Assembly: GCA_008632985.1 (NCBI GenBank)
Contig: QPGO01000028.1
Coordinates: 181,598 to 245,597, forward strand
DNA: 64,000 bases
Direction of reading: 5' to 3'
Source: Psammoneis japonica
Taxonomy: Eukaryota
A program made the translations under genes and the position numbers. The notes beneath the pieces were generated by a model. That model was not told the DNA's origin. It saw only the letters and a list, made by a program, of their open reading frames with translations, and did no database searches. Each line of letters starts with the position of its first letter. Positions within the stretch are counted from its first letter, which is position 1. Positions 49,357-61,741 of this stretch are shown one piece after another.

Positions 49357-49899
49357 GGTGCTTGTGTGTTTTTTGATGTGAGACACGGTTGGAGGGAGTC
49401 GCTGTCAAAGTGCTACCAGAGCACGTAGGATTGTACGTGTCGTGGGCACTCATCACTTGCCGGGCGCCCTGCGAACAAGAGAAGTGCCCAGCAGGGCGCG
49501 GTTTTCCGGGTGCCTTCCGCCCGGCAGGGCGCTTTTTGCCCGCGGGCGCAAATGCGCGCTTCGTTATCCCGGGCCCTCAGCCATGCATGTGCTGTGCGTG
49601 CTGCTGGCGGCTCTCTCGTCTCTTCTTGCCCACCCCCCTCTCGCCGCACAGGAGCCTATTTTTTCATTTTGTTCCTTCCACCCCATCCTGGAATCTTGCT
49701 TGCCTTGACAGAATTTGCAACAGACTTGCGCCTGCTCTTTGAAAAAGTGAGGGGAGGGAACTTGGGCCTCTAAGGCGCGCATGCAGCGCGTCGCGGCCGT
49801 CGTCTGTCCATCCGCCCAATGTGAGCCACGGCATGAAACGGTGGCGGCGGGCGCGGCGGCTGACACCGAATGCAACACACAACAAAAGCGACTGCGACA

Positions 49900-51092
49900 A
49901 TGACGTATTCGTCGTCGACGCTGTTGACTCGCTTTGTTGTCTTGACCTTTTTGTTTGTATGCATACAGTTCCTTTACATACCATTAGATGGTGTGGTGAA
50001 TAATGATGATGAAATGATGATGGTCTCATCCATGCAATTGGTCCCTCATAAGCAACATCATGCCGTCGTAGCAGAAACGACCAAACAACAACAACAACAA
50101 CAAGAACGGATAATTATGTCAGCAAAACCACAACAACAACATTTCATTTGGTTTTTACACTTTCACAAGGCAGCCGGTTCGAGTTTTATCGATTTGGCAT
50201 GGAGAAATAACGAGATTGTTCGTCATGCTCAGAATGATCCAACTGCGGCCAGTCATGATGTACACGGGCATTTGGAACTCGATTCGAATCAACAATTTCG
50301 GTGGCAATCACTCGTGGGTAATAAGCAAAATTGTGAATTGTTTCAACCTCCCAAACAAGCAAAACTGTTGCAAGAGGAATTGATGGATTTGCACAAAAAG
50401 GGCATTACGTTTGTCAGTACCGAACACTGGTTTCCATCCTTGGCTGTTATCAAACAACAACAATTACATAATAAAGCGACACTGGTCACATTGATGCGTC
50501 ATCCCATGGACCGACTTGCGTCATCCTTCTATTTTCACAAGGCTGGCGGTGGACGGTGTTTGAATGTTACGAAAAGAAGAAGAACTTGTACCTTTGACGA
50601 GTGGTGGCCCTCGGAATCCAATATACACGTCAAAATGCTCAATGGCATTCCCTTTGGACCCCTGAATTTACAAAACTGTGCCGAGACAAACTCTTTACCC
50701 ATGCGGACATCAATGAAACCATGTACCAACAAGCACGCGACTTGTTGAATCAATTTGATATCGTTCTGACACTGGAATCCATTATCAATCACAAGTCAAG
50801 AGCCGAGTGTGTTTTACAAACATTATTGGGTTGGAACGACGCGGTATTGCCCAAGAAAAATGCCAGAAATGCAGCCGTACACAATGACAAGAATAATGCA
50901 GCACGATTGGTAGCTGGACGACGACAACAACGACGAAATCGCAACTTTATGAATCAACGACGAAAAGAGCCAACTAGCACTATCCATGAAGAGGCTTTGA
51001 AAAGAGCAGAAAAATCCAATCACTGGGATATGCAGCTGTATCAATACGCACAAGAATTGGAACAAGAGCTGTTTGAAAGACTTGGTTGCTGA
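49900..51092 (+). CDS. Golgi-type sulfotransferase family protein (single apparent frameshift near 50680)
   Basis: N-terminal TM, FLHFHKAAGSS (5'-PSB loop), TLMRHPMDRLASSFYF (3'-PB), and C-terminal FDIVLTLE..NHWDMQLYQYA in a second frame. Confidence 0.75.
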
Positions 51093-51433
51093 TGAATGAC
51101 AGCTGCAGTCTTGTTCCAATAAAGCTACAAATAACTTGAACGCTACGGAATAGAAAATACGCATTCAAGAAATACACACAAGGGCCGACCGTTTGGAAGC
51201 GATCCTTTTATTGGGTTTTGCTGAATGCAAGCTTGGACTTGGTTTTTGTCAATCATAAACAAAGAACAAGTCGAACGCTCTAAAATGGAAAGCATCCAAG
51301 AAGAGCGTCTATAACAGACGACCTTGAAAAGGCAGAGCACAAAAACCAACAACAGCTGCTCCACAAACTGCCTTGTTGAAAGCGGCTTTTCGTGTCTCCA
51401 ACGGACGGCAATGATGGAATACCTCTTTTGCTG

Positions 51434-52357
51434 TTATGGAATGGAAAGCATCCAAGAATACAAGTCTGGCAGTTTGGACGCGGTAATGCCCGTGGAATGC
51501 CCTTGTACGGATCCGGTAAATCCTTCTTGATCGTGGTCATATCGAGTATATCGTATCAAATTCTTGTTATTGTCATTGACGGATCTCAACGACTCCACCA
51601 ACCGATCACTGTAGGCCACGGGAAAAATGACATCGTCGGCCGAGTGAAAGACCCAAAATGGAATGCCCTTTAACAATTGCAATGCCCGTGGTGGGAGAGT
51701 ACCGCCGGAAAAACCATATGCGGCAATAGACACACTCTTGAAGCGCCGCGTCGTGGCCAATTCCACCGCCACGGTTGCTCCGTCACTAAAACCAAACAAG
51801 TGTATATTGTTTTTGTTTTGAATAGCACTACTCGTTCCAATAATGTCGTCACTGCGTAGTATCCAATCCAAAAATTGTAACAGTTTGGATCTCGGTTCTT
51901 CATAAAAGGAACGCTTGGAATGACCAACGTAAGGCGCAATGACTATGAAATTGTCAGCCAGTATCGTTGGAGCCACATCATGGTTGGCCAACAAGCTCGG
52001 TGCAAGTCCGGCATGCTCTCCTTTGATGTCCAACAAGGCGGACGCGTCTTGATTGTTTTTTCCGGCACCGTGCAACACCAACAAGATTGCTTTTGGATTC
52101 TGTGGAATATATGCTGCAGCCGAATACGTGTCTGGATCGTTTACAATTTTGATGTTTTGGCTTTTTGTTGTTGTTACCGCTTGAACGCTTTGTGGGGAAA
52201 CGAGAAAGCTACTGGAAATGTAGGATGCAACAAGTTCGCGTCGCGTAATTTTTTTGTGCGCTTGCAGTAAACTGCCTTGATAACTCTCATCTCTCTGTGG
52301 AATTAAACATTTGTTGCAGCTCAAAAATGACACAATCAAAAAAGCAAAGAGGTGCAT
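51434..52357 (-). CDS. Alpha/beta hydrolase (phospholipase/carboxylesterase or peptidase-like), probably plastid/thylakoid-lumen targeted
   Basis: LHGAG, GFSDG nucleophile elbow, FWVFHSADD, GH; signal peptide followed by TRRE..hydrophobic..VQA twin-arginine motif. Confidence 0.8.
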   Translation of the reverse strand: MHLFAFLIVSFLSCNKCLIPQRDESYQGSLLQAHKKITRRELVASYISSSFLVSPQSVQAVTTTKSQNIKIVNDPDTYSAAAYIPQNPKAILLVLHGAGKNNQDASALLDIKGEHAGLAPSLLANHDVAPTILADNFIVIAPYVGHSKRSFYEEPRSKLLQFLDWILRSDDIIGTSSAIQNKNNIHLFGFSDGATVAVELATTRRFKSVSIAAYGFSGGTLPPRALQLLKGIPFWVFHSADDVIFPVAYSDRLVESLRSVNDNNKNLIRYTRYDHDQEGFTGSVQGHSTGITASKLPDLYSWMLSIP

Positions 52358-52599
52358 GACTTTTAAGAAGGGTATAGTACTGTATATGGACGGTCCCTTG
52401 GATGTCAGCAACGGCCCTCGCTCTATCGCATCATGGTCGACAAAAACAACAAACAACAAACGTGACGTCGCGAAAACGGACAGCGGACAGAAAGCAATTT
52501 TTGAAAATTTCGCAATTTTTTTCAAAATTTCAAAATGGGCGAGTCAGTCGTGCTTCGCACTGCCAGTAGAGAGAGTCTGTCGGCATTCGACCATGCACT

Positions 52600-55500
52600 G
52601 CTTCAGACTTGAGAATGTCATCAAGCCAAGTTCATAAGCCTTGCACAGCAGTGGTTTCTCTCCTCTCATCACTCACTCTTTTAACTTGTCACCCAACCTC
52701 TGGGTGTGGCACATCATGTGGGGCAAAAAAAGCGTTGCATTGGAAACACCCAGATGCGGGTGGTGCTGGTCTGGGACTCCAACAATCTGGGTCTTGCCTG
52801 CCTGTCATAATCCAGGTGTTTCCTGACTGTAATCTCAGACAAGTGTCTCTCATTAAGTTGGGTGTTCCTTTTCACCTCAGTTCAGAACTGGCCAAGTTTG
52901 TGGGGGCTCCTTGACCTCCAAACTGCGCCCCACTTTGGACAATGGACATTCTTGCCCACAACCCCATCTTTGACATTTTCTTACAAGTGCACTTGGTTGC
53001 TCTTTCATTTTGTCTCATCCTGCAAGCTTTGTGGGTTTAAAGCATCAACTCAAACATCCACACATGCATTCCTGACAAAAAATCCTGTCACGGCCAACCC
53101 TTTTGCTTTTGATGTGTTCCAGATTTCATGCTGTGTGTGCTGCAATTCATGCTCACACACCACTTTGGTTTGTTGCCATGGCCACAACTCCTTCTGTGCT
53201 GTTGCTGGTGGCCATGGACTGCAATGGCAGCTCCTCTCCTGGTGGCACACCCCACCCACCCTCTCTCTTCTTCCCCTTCTCCTTTCTCTTTTGTTTCTTT
53301 TTGGGGCTTCCTTGGACATGTTTGCCTTCTTCTCATGTCTCATTTCCTTGAACCATGCACTGAAACCTTGGTTGTTCTCTCTGTCTTGCTTCACCCACTT
53401 GTGCAACTCTTTGCATTTCTGAATCTCTTGTTTGCTCCACCCTTGGTTCTGCTTTGCTGACTCTCCCCTTCCCTGTGGACTTTGCATCCATTGCATCTTC
53501 CTCCATCAGCTTTCTGAACCTTGCAATGTTGTCTTTGTTCTCTGTTTTTTCTGCCATGTTGGCTGCCTTGTCATGGAAGTTCTGGTGATTTCTTTCCCCA
53601 CCTTTTCTGATGGTGCCCTTCTCCTCCTGCCTTTTCTGGTGCCCTCCTGTTGCCAACAAAAACAAAAGTGTCATTTGCACAATGAATGCAACATTTGCTC
53701 ACATTCAGTTGCCCCAATGACTGAGTGCTCAAATGCTCACATCCACACACCAAACCACTTGGCCACCAAGTCACTCATTCATGGTTCCCATCTGTCTCAA
53801 CCTGACTTGATTTAATTTGGTGCTCTTGCCATTTGCCATGTTGCAATTGTCACAATGAACCATCTCAATTGCCCAAATGCGTGCAGTCTCTGCTGTCATC
53901 ACATGCCAGATGTTGAGCATGATTTGGTGGCATGGTCAATTTTTGGTTTTTTCAACCAAGATCATTTGTCACCCTGACCTTTTGACAGCTCCTCTTGGAA
54001 GAAATTCTTGTGCAAGAAACAGAGTTGTTGTGATCTTGGTGGTGGCTGTGGTGTTTTTGTGATTGCTTGTCACTTGCTTGCTCCCACCAGCAGCGAGGTC
54101 TTTGGCATTGAGGAGTGTGCTGCTCCTCATCACAAGTTGGGCAGCACTTGTTGGTGTGAATGGCATGCACCCAACTTTGACAAATTGATCCTTCCTCAAT
54201 GAAGATGACTCTGTTTGTGGTTTGCATTGTGGGCCCAATGCCAAGTTTTTTTTTCCAACAACCATGAAGGGCCCATGTTGTTTGACAACAATGCTGCGCA
54301 GAGTCACCTGGAGGAGATCTTGACCAATGAGTGCACAGAAGGCATGGTTGTTGTCTCACACCAAATGTGATGCTTTGTGGACATGTCAACAAATGAAGCA
54401 AGAATGAGTCTTTTTTGCACCAGCACATCAAACAGATTTGCAGTGAAATCCTGGGGTGGACTGGTGGCAGCACCACCTTCACTTGTGCACTGAACAGAAG
54501 CTTTGCTCCTAAAACTTAAGATGACTGTTGCCAAACATTGCAGAGAAATTCACAATTTGCCTGAACAGCAGGAACAAGTCAATGACAAGATGAAGCAATG
54601 AACGGAACTTTGCAGTCCTGAACAAGTGCACATTTGCTGCACATTGGAGACAGGATTTTTGTCTTGAATGTGAGCAATGCAACATGGCACTTAAAATGCA
54701 CTTTGCCAGTTTTGGCACAAAGTTCCTTCTCACAGATGCAGAATGCACAGAACAAAAGCATGCAATGCAACAAGTCAAGAAGATTGTCCACTCTGCACCA
54801 CCAATTTTTCTGTGACAGCTTCTTCTTTTGCAAGTGACCTGAAGGATTCAGGAAGACAGTTCTCTGCTTTTGCATCAATGGTTGTGCCAGGGGACTGTGT
54901 TTTTGTGAAAAGATGTTGTCGTCTGCACGAGCATCTGGCAAGTCATCATTGCCATCAACAGTTGCTGCAGACAAGCCATTGGGCTGGGAATTGACAACAG
55001 ATCTGGCAAAGCCATGAAAGGCCAATGCTTGTGCCGCAATGATTTGCATTCTTTCCAAATAATTTTTTGGCACATCAAATGCATTTGTCTTCCACCTGGT
55101 TGGAAAATGTTTTCCAGAATTCTGACAAACCATGTTGACAAATTTGTTGCATCACATGCTGATGATGCTTGGGGTCACCTGGATCATGCTTTGTCAAACC
55201 ACTGCTCTTGTGATTCAGCATCTGGCATTGGCAGGACAGTTGTGGTGGTGGTTGGTGCAGTTGACAGAGCAAAATTTGTTTGATCATCGACTTCAATGTT
55301 GTTTCACTTGGCGCGGTTCTGTTTCATCCTCATCCTCTTCTTTGGGCTCACTTTTGGAAGATTCTGTCACTTGCTCATCTTGAATGCAAGCAACTTGCCA
55401 ATCTTTTCATCCCAAGTGTGAGTCAGCTCAGGGTGGAAAGACCACAATTCATTCTCAATCAGGAACAGTCATGCCTTTGACCTGGACAACACCAGGTGAT

Positions 55501-56150
55501 GCAAAATGACTCTGATGCAATCTGGTTGAGCTCTTCTTTTTGTTTGTCAGGCTTTGCACTGACTGTCACACCTTCATCATTTGTGGAGCAATGCTTGATT
55601 CCATCACATGTGTTGTGTCCAAGACCATCATGCCAAATGCAACACATGGGTTGTCATCCATGTTTGCTGGGAAATGTGCATTGTTAAAAGCATGCCAACC
55701 AAAACATTTTGAAGCATGTTTTCATTTGTTGGATCAGAGCAGAAACAGTTTGGTTTCTGCTTTCTTGTGTGCTTTTGCTTTTCTGTGTTTTCCAGATGAT
55801 TTTTTGACATGTTGACACCACTGGATGTTGTCATTGTCAGAGTCTGGACTCCATGTGGAGAGAGCAAGCAGCTTGATGAAAGCTTGGTTGAAAAACTTTA
55901 AAAAAAAAAAGAGAATTGTCTGACAGCAGAAAAGTTTGTTCAAGTTTCCAAAAGCTAAATTGAAGAGCAGCAATCAATGCTTTCAGAGCAGTTGCTGGCA
56001 TTTGTGTTGAGTTTAGATTCACAAGTTGCCCCACATTTTTGGTTGCCATCCAATTTTCCTTTTTCCCGTTGTTTGCCAATGTTCATCATTGAGGTTCTTC
56101 CTCTTCTTGTCTGACTGGTTCCAAAACAATTTGTTTGTTGTGTGCAAGAC
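52600..56150. other. Hypermutated, unidentified repeat/TE-like block
   Basis: TA and CG both nearly absent; no protein family recognised. Confidence 0.45.
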
Positions 56151-56169
56151 AGCTGTTTTGGAAACACTG

Positions 56170-57027
56170 ACAGAAAAGCCAACGGCTCTGCAGTGACATC
56201 TCTGATGGCAAAGCAATGTCTTGATGTTTTTTGAGATGTGGTGATTTCAAGTTCCCAGTGCTGAGCTGCACCATTTGATGACTGGTCTTGCATGACGTCT
56301 TTGTCTGCTCCTTGCATGACTGGCCAATTGCAAGCCAGAGGAGTTGTTCTGTCACCAGCATAAATGAAGCCACAAAGAAGAAAACATGTGAGCACCTCTG
56401 CTTCTCACCCCCACTCTTGGAGCATCGCACTGAGCTTTCCAACCTGTGAGCGATGGAACTGAGGCTTTTTCCATTGCCTCTGTCAGCCTCCCAGCCTCCA
56501 TTGTGTGTGAAGACAATGCTGCATGGCTCCGATTTGCATGCAAGCCAAAACCATCCCCACAAACTGAGCACACAGGATTTCTGCACCACTGGTCTCACAC
56601 CAAAGTTGAGGTGCTCCAGAGATCAAGATTGAGCCTGTCAACTCTGCTGCACAGCTTGCCAGCCAACTCACCAAAGGTTCAGGTGCTGATCCATTTTGCA
56701 TTGGTCGTAAAGCCCTCATGGGCTGGTGATGCCAGTTTTGCTCTTTTCGGTTGAGAGGGAGAGTCTCGAGTCTGATCCACAGATGATGCTCCACTTGATT
56801 GCATGTTGGCAACAGCAATGGGGATGACACTGGCAACTGTTGGGTCAGAATGTCATCTCCAGTCAACCATAAGATCTTCTCACAATTTTTGTCTTTAAGA
56901 GCATGTCATTGTCTTCTGATGCATTGACAATCCTCTGTCTTACACTTTGCAACCTGCTGAAGAGAGTCTCCGCTGCTGAAGAGAGTCTCCGCTCTCCCCA
57001 GTCACCGTGACTTGTTGTGTCCCAAGT
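56170..57027 (+). mobile_element. 3' remnant of a Copia related to element 1 (RNase H, PPT, 3' LTR 56762-57027)
   Basis: LPASIVCEDNAA..IKIEPV.SAAQLA..GRKALMGW*, same PPT CGGTTGAGAGGGAG, LTR AGTC...TCCCAAGT. Confidence 0.85.
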
Positions 57028-57578
57028 GGTGCGACTGTGGCAAAGGGTCAGTTTGCCATCGAATCACAAGACAGCAATCGGAAAGCCACATCTGTGCCGC
57101 CCATAAATTGGAAACCAAGGAGGATTTTGAGAAAGCACAGTGGGTGCGGCAATGGCATGAACAAGCAAGAAAGCAGTGCAGCTGCTGTTTGTGCCGTCTC
57201 CACTAGAGAGGACTCTCTACAGTAGAGAGAGGTGAAACGCCACATGCTCGAATCTGTGCATGCATCAAAGTTTTCTGTGTGCGTTTTACATTCTCTCGAT
57301 CTAGCCAAACCTTTCTGCAAGAGAGAAAGAACCAATGCGTTGAGGTTTGGTGGTGGCATCTTATTGTCCAAATGCGTGGATCTTGAAGCTTTAATCAATC
57401 GACAGTGTGTTGAGATGCGAGAATACACTGAACGAGCCAGCAAGAAACGGTTTCGACAATATTAAAGCAAAATTTATGAGAACAACCTCTTTACATCAGA
57501 ACAAAAATGGCCTCTGCTGTTCTATTCGACGGTTATAAGTTCTACCTTTCATTTGTTTGTACTCAGCGCCGTCCTTTT

Positions 57579-58951
57579 TTAGTTTTCAGCATCAATGTGC
57601 AACACGCGTTCAAGTTCTGCCAAACCCTCACATGCTTCAATGATTTCGACGGAACAGTCTTCCTTGATCATAACGCCTAGAGCTGGTTCGTTTCCAAGCG
57701 AAGAAAGTTCCTCCACTTCTTCCCACGCAAGCTTGGCTTCTGCAGACCTCTTTCCAAACTTTTTACTCACCAATTTAGCATTGGCAATGGACGCCTCCAA
57801 TGCTTCCAAGTTTGATCCGGCTTGCGGTTCAACGGATGGTACCTTGATTGCCTTCATTTGACTATAAATATCACTGTTAGACTTATTGACGACGACATCG
57901 TCCGGCACAACGTCAAGCTCTTGCATAATTTCAAACACTTCGGTTCGATACCCATGAAATGAACTTTCATCGGGCCATGATGCGATCGACTCTCTATATT
58001 CATAGAAAAAAAGCGATTTTAACATTCGTGAGAATCACACAACATGACCGTAATGTTTTGAGCTTTCGGCCAGAAAACAATCAACTTACTTTCTGGCTGT
58101 AGAAGCCGAAACTTCTTCCACAATATCCCATGCCGTTCGTGCCTCAGGTGAGTTCTTGCCATATGTCTTGGCCGCCGAGGCTGCTTCTTTGATTGCGTTT
58201 GACAGTGCTTCGGGTACATTGCTGACCTTGTTGCTATCCGAGTGCAACACGCGTTGCAACTCTTCCAGTGCCTCACAGGCTTCGGCCGCATCTGTCAAAC
58301 ACGATTCTTCGTCAATCATACCTCCAAGTGCTGGATCACTCCCAAGAGAAGAGATTTCATCCACTTCTTCCCAAGCAAGCTTGGCTTCGGTCGAATGCTT
58401 TCCCTTTTCTTCTGAAATGCGCTTGGCGCGAGCCACGGCTGCCTTTAGGGAGGCAGATTCGTGTCCGGCTTGTGGTTTGGAGGGCGGTACCTTGATTGCC
58501 TCGAGTTGTGAAATCAAATCTTCCTGGTTTACTTTTTCCACGACGTTATCGGGTGCCACATCAAGCTCTTGCATTAGTTCAAAAACTTCAGTACGATATC
58601 CGTTAAAGTGACTTGTTTCATCAGAAGATGATTTCCTGTGCAAGGTCGGTACAGTGCGCATTGTTAGAACACACGAGAACAATGAAAAAAGAAAAACTCT
58701 TGTAAAACTTCCTCAAATTATTCATACCTATTATGTGCCGCAGCGATTTCTTCTGCAATATCCCACGCGGTACGAGCCTCAGGTGAGTTCTTGCCATATT
58801 TACGGGAAGTTTGCACGGCCTCTTGAATGGCTTCGGATGGTGTCACCAGAGAGCTAGAAAGAAATGTATTAGTTGCTCTCGTTTGTACACCGAATGGAGA
58901 AATGAAAGCCTTGGTGGAGGCAAATAGCGTAAATGCAAGAGAAAGCTTCAT
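57579..58951 (-). CDS. Plastid-targeted protein with four CP12-like repeats; exons 58951-58728, 58635-58090, 57993-57579
   Basis: Signal peptide ending TKA-F; motifs EARTAWDIAEE, EAKLAWEEVDE, EARTAWDIVEE, EAKLAWEEVEE; two phase-2 GT-AG introns keep the frame. Confidence 0.85.
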
Positions 58952-59172
58952 GATGATGCAGTGATTAAGAAGAACTTGTCGTTGTACCTTGTGTTTGAAA
59001 AGATCGCTAATTTTCAAAATTGTGAGAACTTTCAGAAGAGATTTCTCCGTGTTATTTCAGTCGCGCATGGGCACTGACTCAACCGAATTTTCAGACAAAA
59101 GGAATTCTTGGAATTTTGGTTGCTGACGTGGATGGTGGTGTGGAGTGCTTTTCTATTCGCCAATGCAAATGG

Positions 59173-59314
59173 AGCAGACGCTGAAGAATTCTGCCTCATT
59201 CTCAGACGTGCACGACACACATCAATTCCATGGAATACGTACGCACGCACATAGAAACTCGGCTAGAGCAGACGTTGAAGAATTCTGCTTCATTCTCAGA
59301 CGTGTACGACACAC
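59173..59314. repeat. Direct duplication of about 48 bp in the divergent promoter between the CP12-like and K+ channel genes
   Basis: AGCAGACG(C/T)TGAAGAATTCTGC(C/T)TCATTCTCAGACGTG(C/T)ACGACACAC occurs twice. Confidence 0.85.
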
Positions 59315-59383
59315 GCGCCGACTGACGCACATCCTTGTTCTGGGTTCCTCACAAAATACCTCAGCTCTTTTCTCACCAACACA

Positions 59384-61285
59384 ATGAGCACACGCAAGAC
59401 CACGGACAACAATAGGTCTAATGCCGACACCAACGATGGCATCCACGGAAATTTTGCTGCCAATTCTGACAATGGGGAGAGCAAAAGTACTACCCAAAGC
59501 AGCAGTTACCAGGTGGTGAGCCTCAATCTGGATGCAAACGACGACAAAATCGAGATCTTTGATCCCGAAGATCCTTCGGCTGCGATCATAACAAAGAACA
59601 AGGACATTGTTGCTGTCAATGTGAAAATTGACGATAGTGAAAACAAGCCAAAGCTAGTACTCTCAGATCATAGTCTAAGAAGGTAAGAATCAAACAAACA
59701 CAGTAGTTCGGGTCTTGTTAATTCATAATTTGTGCCATTCTGAACACATTATTTCCCCTCCACCTTCTACTTACTTCTTCTTTCAGCACTATACGAGGTG
59801 ACTCTGAATGCGAGCAACTGGCGGAACGAATCGAAGAGCGTCGAGCCAACCGCATGCCTGTAACACATGAAATCCGAGTGGAATTCCTCAAAACTTGTCA
59901 AAAGATTTGTCTGGAACGAGGATATCCGAGCAAATCCAAGATTTTGGTTAGTGACCTTCTTCAAGTCGAGCGGCAACTAAAAGAGAAAGTGGACGATGCG
60001 ACTCACTTGAAGCGAGGCAAATTCAAAATTTGCAAACCGTCCGCGTTGATTCCCAAGCTTTTAGGATTCCACAATTTGAGCGCTACACTCCTTGACGTTA
60101 TTGAAAAAGCTGTTGAGCTTACGCGCGAGGACTTTCTCCGCGACGACGATTGGTTCAGCTATCGTGACTTTAGTTTCTACTATACGAGGGTGGAATCCAA
60201 ATGGCCGTGGATGAGAAAAAGAACAACAGCTGCTTTTGTCGTTATATTTCTCTACTACTTTTTCACGCCGATATTCTTTTGCCACGTTCTAAACGATAAG
60301 GGAATCTGCGAAGAAGACCCCACTGGGCAGAACCGCTCCTACTACGGTTGGGTCTCCAGTCTATACTTTGCGTCAACAACAATGAGTACCGTTGGTTATG
60401 GCGATTTGACAGTAGAGAAGACTTCTTCATGGCGAGTCTTTATGGGTATCATGTACATGATTGTTTCCGTTTTGATGGCATTTACGGCCTTCAACGCCGC
60501 ATTTGAAGCCGCAGCATCTCCCTTTGCCAAGTACCGCGAAAAGCTTCTCGAGCTCATCCCATGGTATCGCCGCCAAAAGGCCAGACAGGACCTCTTGCTT
60601 TATCAGCGAATTCGTCTTCTCAAGTTTGTTAGATTGACCGAGATTGGTCTTCAGTTTACTGTCTTGAACATGATTGGCTTTGGGGTTTCAAGGGTCTTTG
60701 CTGCCGACGAAAGTTGGACCGTGATGGAGTCTTTGTACTGGGCGGTTCAGACAACCACAACTGTTGGTTACGGTGACCTTACAATCCCTTTTTCGATGAG
60801 GTGGTTCAACATTGTCTACCTCGCGTTGAGTACTTACATGGTTGGTAATACGCTGGGAAAGCTGGCCAATTTGAAATGTGAGATGGAAGAGATTCGAAGA
60901 TATTACGCGTGGGAACGACGTGAGATAAGCGCAGGAATGGTACAAGAATTTCAAGCTAGTGGCCACGATGGTATGTTTCTTTCCCCAACTCTTGGTTATG
61001 ATACCTTGTTAACTTTTGTACTCACGAGGTGCCTTTCTTGCTTGCACAGACGTTGTCGACCAATACGAGTTTGTCTTGGCGTCGCTCCTTACTCTTGGCA
61101 AAGTAAGGTCTGAAGATATCACCCCAATTATGGACAAGTTTAGGGATCTAGCGGGGGAGAAAGGTTTCATCTTCGTCTCCAAGGACATTGGTGGTACCGA
61201 AACGGGTACCAGTATTCACTCGGACTTTGATTTGGATGCTGAAGCCAATGCTCAGGCGGAAGTGGAGCAAGTAGACTTGGACTAA
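59384..61285 (+). CDS. Two-pore-domain (TPK/K2P-like) potassium channel; exons 59384-59682, 59787-60970, 61050-61285
   Basis: Two TVGYGD selectivity filters, four TM segments and an EF-hand-like tail (DVVDQYEF); splicing keeps the frame. Confidence 0.9.
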
Positions 61286-61741
61286 ATGTGGTGCTGATCT
61301 TGTGAGGGGAATCTAGCTGATACAGATGTTTATGCTGGCTTGCTCTCTTGACAAATACGGCTGTTATTACCAAAGGAAAAGATACTCGTATTTGCCGCTT
61401 CTTTCTTTACCGATTCTGGCGGTTGGTGGATGGGCAGAACCTGCGTACGATGTGAAACGAGCTGTCCCTACTAGCGGGGTCGCTTGTAGCCGCTTGATGA
61501 GTTTGTAACACGCATAATCCACGTTTCTGAAAAAAAAATGGAGTAGTCTACTGTAGACATTTATCTGGTCTTTTAAAGTTTTGATAGGTCGATGTCCAAA
61601 ATCATCAACCAACGGCTGGGTCTCTCGCGCCTGCAGGTGGTCGCGAGTTTGACAGGATAAGCAAAATATTTCTTTCCATGCTTTAGCTCAAGCTAGCACT
61701 GCGATGATCCGAGTTCTAAATATGCGAGAATCACCTCATTG

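Larger units (their letters stand above)
47766..49576. mobile_element. PIF/Harbinger-like DNA transposon, internally deleted, not hypermutated
   Basis: TIRs of about 50 bp (CCGGGATAAC.AAGCGCGCATT.GCGCCC.GGGCA..AAGCGCCCTG); 3-bp TSD TCA (47763-47765, 49577-49579); convergent transposase and accessory ORF relics. Confidence 0.8.
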
